Shown in pieces: positions 60,401 through 64,000 of a stretch of DNA of 64,000 nt. The notes under the pieces are model-generated. The model had not been told where the DNA came from, searched no databases, and worked only from the letters and a program-made list of their open reading frames with translations. This DNA comes from Marsupella aquatica. Lineage: Eukaryota > Plantae > Marchantiophyta. A program made the translations under genes and the position numbers. Each line of letters begins with the position of its first letter. Within the stretch, counting starts at the first letter, position 1. Location: contig OZ316895.1 of NCBI GenBank assembly GCA_973895155.1, forward strand, positions 19,916,803 to 19,980,802, read 5' to 3'.

Positions 60401-63400
60401 TCACTGCCAAGTTATTGAGGATTTGTCACGCCTGTAGATGCCCACCTGGGCCTTTTGAATTGGAGACACCCGGCAGCAGACCACAGATCGACAGAGTTTC
60501 AGGAGCTCCAGAAATAGCACTTTGTTGCTTTCCTCCAGTGCAACAGTCAGAGAAGAACCCTCAATAACAGTTGCCATCTCAGATTGGTATCCTGACCCTT
60601 CTGCATCAACCGGCAAACCGTTGTTCAACCATAGTCACAAACGCGTCACCCATTCAACTCAGAATGCAGTCGTCCATACTGTGGAAGCAGCAGATTATTG
60701 GTACATCTGGACGCTTGCTGGTTCACTTTTGTGTGACATAGATTTAAGTAGAAAAGAATCCTGTTTCACATTTAGAATTATGGGATTCATTTCCAACATC
60801 ACCTCTGAAAGAATGAAAACAAATTTCTAATGTAGTACCAATTAAAGGCATCTCAACAACATTAATTTTTGGAGTCGACGGGGCGTAGCGTCAGGTCATA
60901 TGTTTCACCCGATTTCAGCTTGGAAAAATGTTGTCTTCGAGCTTCGTCCAACATGCTTCGGAGCAGCTGAGGGACAGATTTTGATACATTTTCCGATAAC
61001 AGGAACAAGTGCATGGAATCCGCCAAAAGGTTACAGGACAGAGCCACCGAAACAGATGTTTCCAATTTGTCTCCAGTCAACACCTGCAAAACCCTGTGAT
61101 TCTCGTTTTTGTTCGTTTTCCTTTCTGTTCCTTGACCCCCATGGCCTATAGATTGAGGTTGGAAAACATATCAAGATGATTAATGAACTTAACCCCCCTT
61201 CACTTATGAGGGTAGTTTCTGTTAAGACTGTAAAACTTATATACCTCATAATGTGTATTGGAAGGTCTATTTTTTTTCCTTACCCAGACTTTGATGCCAG
61301 CCTGTGCAAGAAGCGTTATTGTCTCTGGAACCTTCCCTTGCAACTTGTCCTCAACTGCTGTTACTCCCAAAAGCATCTGCCAAGGCATCACGGGAGGGCC
61401 CCGAGGGTTCTCATTAAAGCTCGTAAGAAAGATAGTTCTATGACATGCCAGTGTACAACAACGCGAATACTAATATTAATAGATTTCCACAGTTCCTCCT
61501 CGATCCCTCCAATAGTAGATGTGTTTTTGCGGACATTCACAACTATAAAAATATAACAACATCGAAAATATCACTTATGGTTCAGAGGTATAACGTGAGT
61601 ATACTCATCAAATGCGCTTCGTTTCTGGTCAGTTGTGAGCATTGTCAATTTTTGTTTAAAGACCAGGCTGGTTTCTACGATAAATCCTTGGAAGCAAACT
61701 TTGGATATGAAACTTGGTTATGAAACTTAGTAGGAACCTTGGAAGCAAAGGTTAGTAGAGTTCAAACCAGGTCCCGTTCTATTGTTTCTGACACAGCTGC
61801 GAGCTTTTCATCACGGTCATCGAGAGCAATGCTAGCAGCACGGAACCGAGCTGCCCATTTTTCGTATTCACTCCCTGAGATCTGTAAAATCCATGTTCCT
61901 GTACTTTGACTCAAGATGGCCGTACATGAAACTAATTTTGTTAGGAAACGATGACTATTCAAGTGATTTCATTCAGGATCGAGATAGATTCTAAGCCAGT
62001 TTGGCACGATTAAAAAATTAATTTCCTTGCAACCAAGAGGATCTTGCACTCAGAAACAAAACTTCAAATCCGTTGATTTCCTCCAGAAGTTCGTAATCAG
62101 TAACGATGAATATATGGCTCAGTTGAGATTCAGAGCACAATTTATATGACTAACAAGAACAGGAATTAAGTATTCTGTCGTCACTGACGTTAAAACCCAG
62201 ACCATTTGGCTTGATATGGCTTTCGAGTCCTTTGATTCATTCGATTGTGGGATTGGAATGCGCCACCCTGGTTTTCATGGTTTTAGTGCTTGAAATTATA
62301 GTTAAGCAAGCTTGACTTTACCTGTCGCTCGGCCATGCACATGGTTCGGTATCCACACCTTGCGAAGTCCTCGAGCTGATTCAAAGAAATATCCACCAAG
62401 TCCTCCTGGCCTCTTGCAAGGCGTTTGAATATAACTGAGTCGGCACCTTTGCAATATAATTTTATTCTGTTACAAAGACAGTCGAAGAAAAGAGAATATG
62501 GATCCTTCTCTGTGAAGCCGAAATAGCTTTTTGCAGTAAGCCATACAATACCTTCATATTCCCTGGTTAAGTCTCTAGTAATATACTCGAAAGAAGGCGA
62601 GAGGAATATCAAATCATTACCTTCCTTTGGAGTCCCTACAGATAATACTCATTCGTTTTCTTTCGCTTGTAAACTCTAGCACCGCCATAATGACAAATTT
62701 CTGCACACCTAGTCCCTACAATAACCCTTTCGGCTTATAAGTACGATGGGCACTACAATGTCTCACTTCCTTGGTGCTGATTCGTAATTGCAATTCCCTA
62801 CTCCAAAGAACTAGCTGTTTAATTAAATACAGAGACTCCCCAAGATATTTGATCTCTAACTTAAATACCTTCACAGCAACTTGGTCAGTAGCGAGAAACA
62901 AGCAACACAGAGTACCACAGCAATATATTCGCGCATCTAATTCATCCCGGATTCTTAAAATGTTCAGGTTTAGTTTGAAGGAAAGATTCTTGTTTTGTTT
63001 CCTGCCGACTGCACATAAATGTTATTCGATCTTCCAAGGCCTGGATGATTTTCTTTCTGACGATCATTTCTTGGGAGTCTTGAAGCATCACTTCGTTGAA
63101 ATTTCAAGGATTCGATCTTTTTTAACCAGTGGAGAAAAAATCTCACCTTACGAACGTTTACTTTACAAGAGGGAAGAATGACAGTTATAGACAAACCTCT
63201 ACCAGCTTCCTAGCTCTAGTTTTCAAATCGTCCACCTGTCCAAGAATCTTGGTTGCTACTTTGGGCAAGAAGGCTGGGAAGAAAGAGCTGGTACCGGAAG
63301 GAGCACCGATAATTCATCATCTGCACGCTTCTTCAGCACATAACCACAATCTGCAGCTCCCTGTAGAGGCAGGAGGAGTTCGAACATTTCAATGTAAATT

Positions 63401-64000
63401 CTTTAGTAACTTTGTTTGAGGAAGAGGGTTGGAAACATCTAGATCTATTAATGGCACTTCTCCAATCATATCACCCGATAATGAATTCTTCTTTGAATAT
63501 GCTTCAATCCATTTAGTTTCCTAAACAACCTCACCTAGCCTCTGTCCGGCAATATTACTAGGACATGTAAAGCCATACTCATTGCTTTAGATTCACCTGG
63601 CCGCGTATGGATTATGTAGGAAGGAGTGATCAGTGTTGGCGAGTCAGGTTGCATCAGTACCTGTACAAGAGCTTCCTCATCTGGTGATGCTCCTGTGTAT
63701 TTGAGCACAGCATCTTTTGCAAACCCTTCCTCGCCTGCCTTAGCAAACATTGGATGCACCACATGACAAATGGCAAGATGATTGAAGAACGCTGCTAAGA
63801 AATCGGAGTCAATATCCTGGGAACCAGCTTCCACTTCTTTTAACTTCAGTAGGAGTTTAGGATCATTAGCCAAAGTGTGAATTGTGTCTTTCTGACTACT
63901 AGCTTGGAAACCTCCTTCGTGCTGGATGGCTCCGTAAACCACGCCACCAACGGAGCATTGAACAAAAGCCATAATGTTTTGAGTCAACGTGCCCGTTTTG
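57431..64000 (-). CDS. P4-type ATPase phospholipid flippase (ALA family), 5' part beyond the window
   Basis: Exons >64000-63661 ((D)[16 protein letters not shown]), 63360-63295, 63235-63197, 62700-62621 ([10 protein letters not shown]), 62466-62322 (CKGADSVI), 61881-61768, 61376-61284 (EDKLQ), 61083-60909 (LTGDK), 60600-60446 (CCRVSP.QKA), 59975-59422 ([14 protein letters not shown]), 59136-58268 and a probable last exon 58092-57431. Phases are consistent. The last exon is less certain. Confidence 0.92.

Overview
Eukaryotic nuclear DNA from a land plant. A non-seed plant (bryophyte or lycophyte) is plausible from intron style and protein divergence, but this is inference. Five intron-containing genes were reconstructed by hand with consistent splice phases: WDR55 (+, 15 exons), RNA polymerase subunit RPB10 (+, 4 coding exons), a DUF247 protein (+, 2 exons), a secreted GH17 beta-1,3-glucanase with an X8 domain (-, 3 exons), and the 3' part of a P4-ATPase/ALA flippase (-, runs off the right edge) with a long C-terminal tail. 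The intergenic space is mostly transposon-derived: a Bianca-lineage copia element (138-bp TA..CA LTRs, half-tRNA-Ile PBS, gag mostly missing, a TIR element inside RT), a decayed Tork-like copia with a 3' deletion, two solo LTRs with TSDs, non-autonomous Helitron-like elements carrying a purine-rich minisatellite, a foldback MITE, several short TSD-flanked retroposon-like inserts and many local tandem repeats. The most unusual unexplained feature is a six-unit ~86-bp array (31.5-32.0 kb) whose units can each fold into the same structure. No rRNA, tRNA or CRISPR array was seen, and I cannot demonstrate a new biological system from sequence alone.
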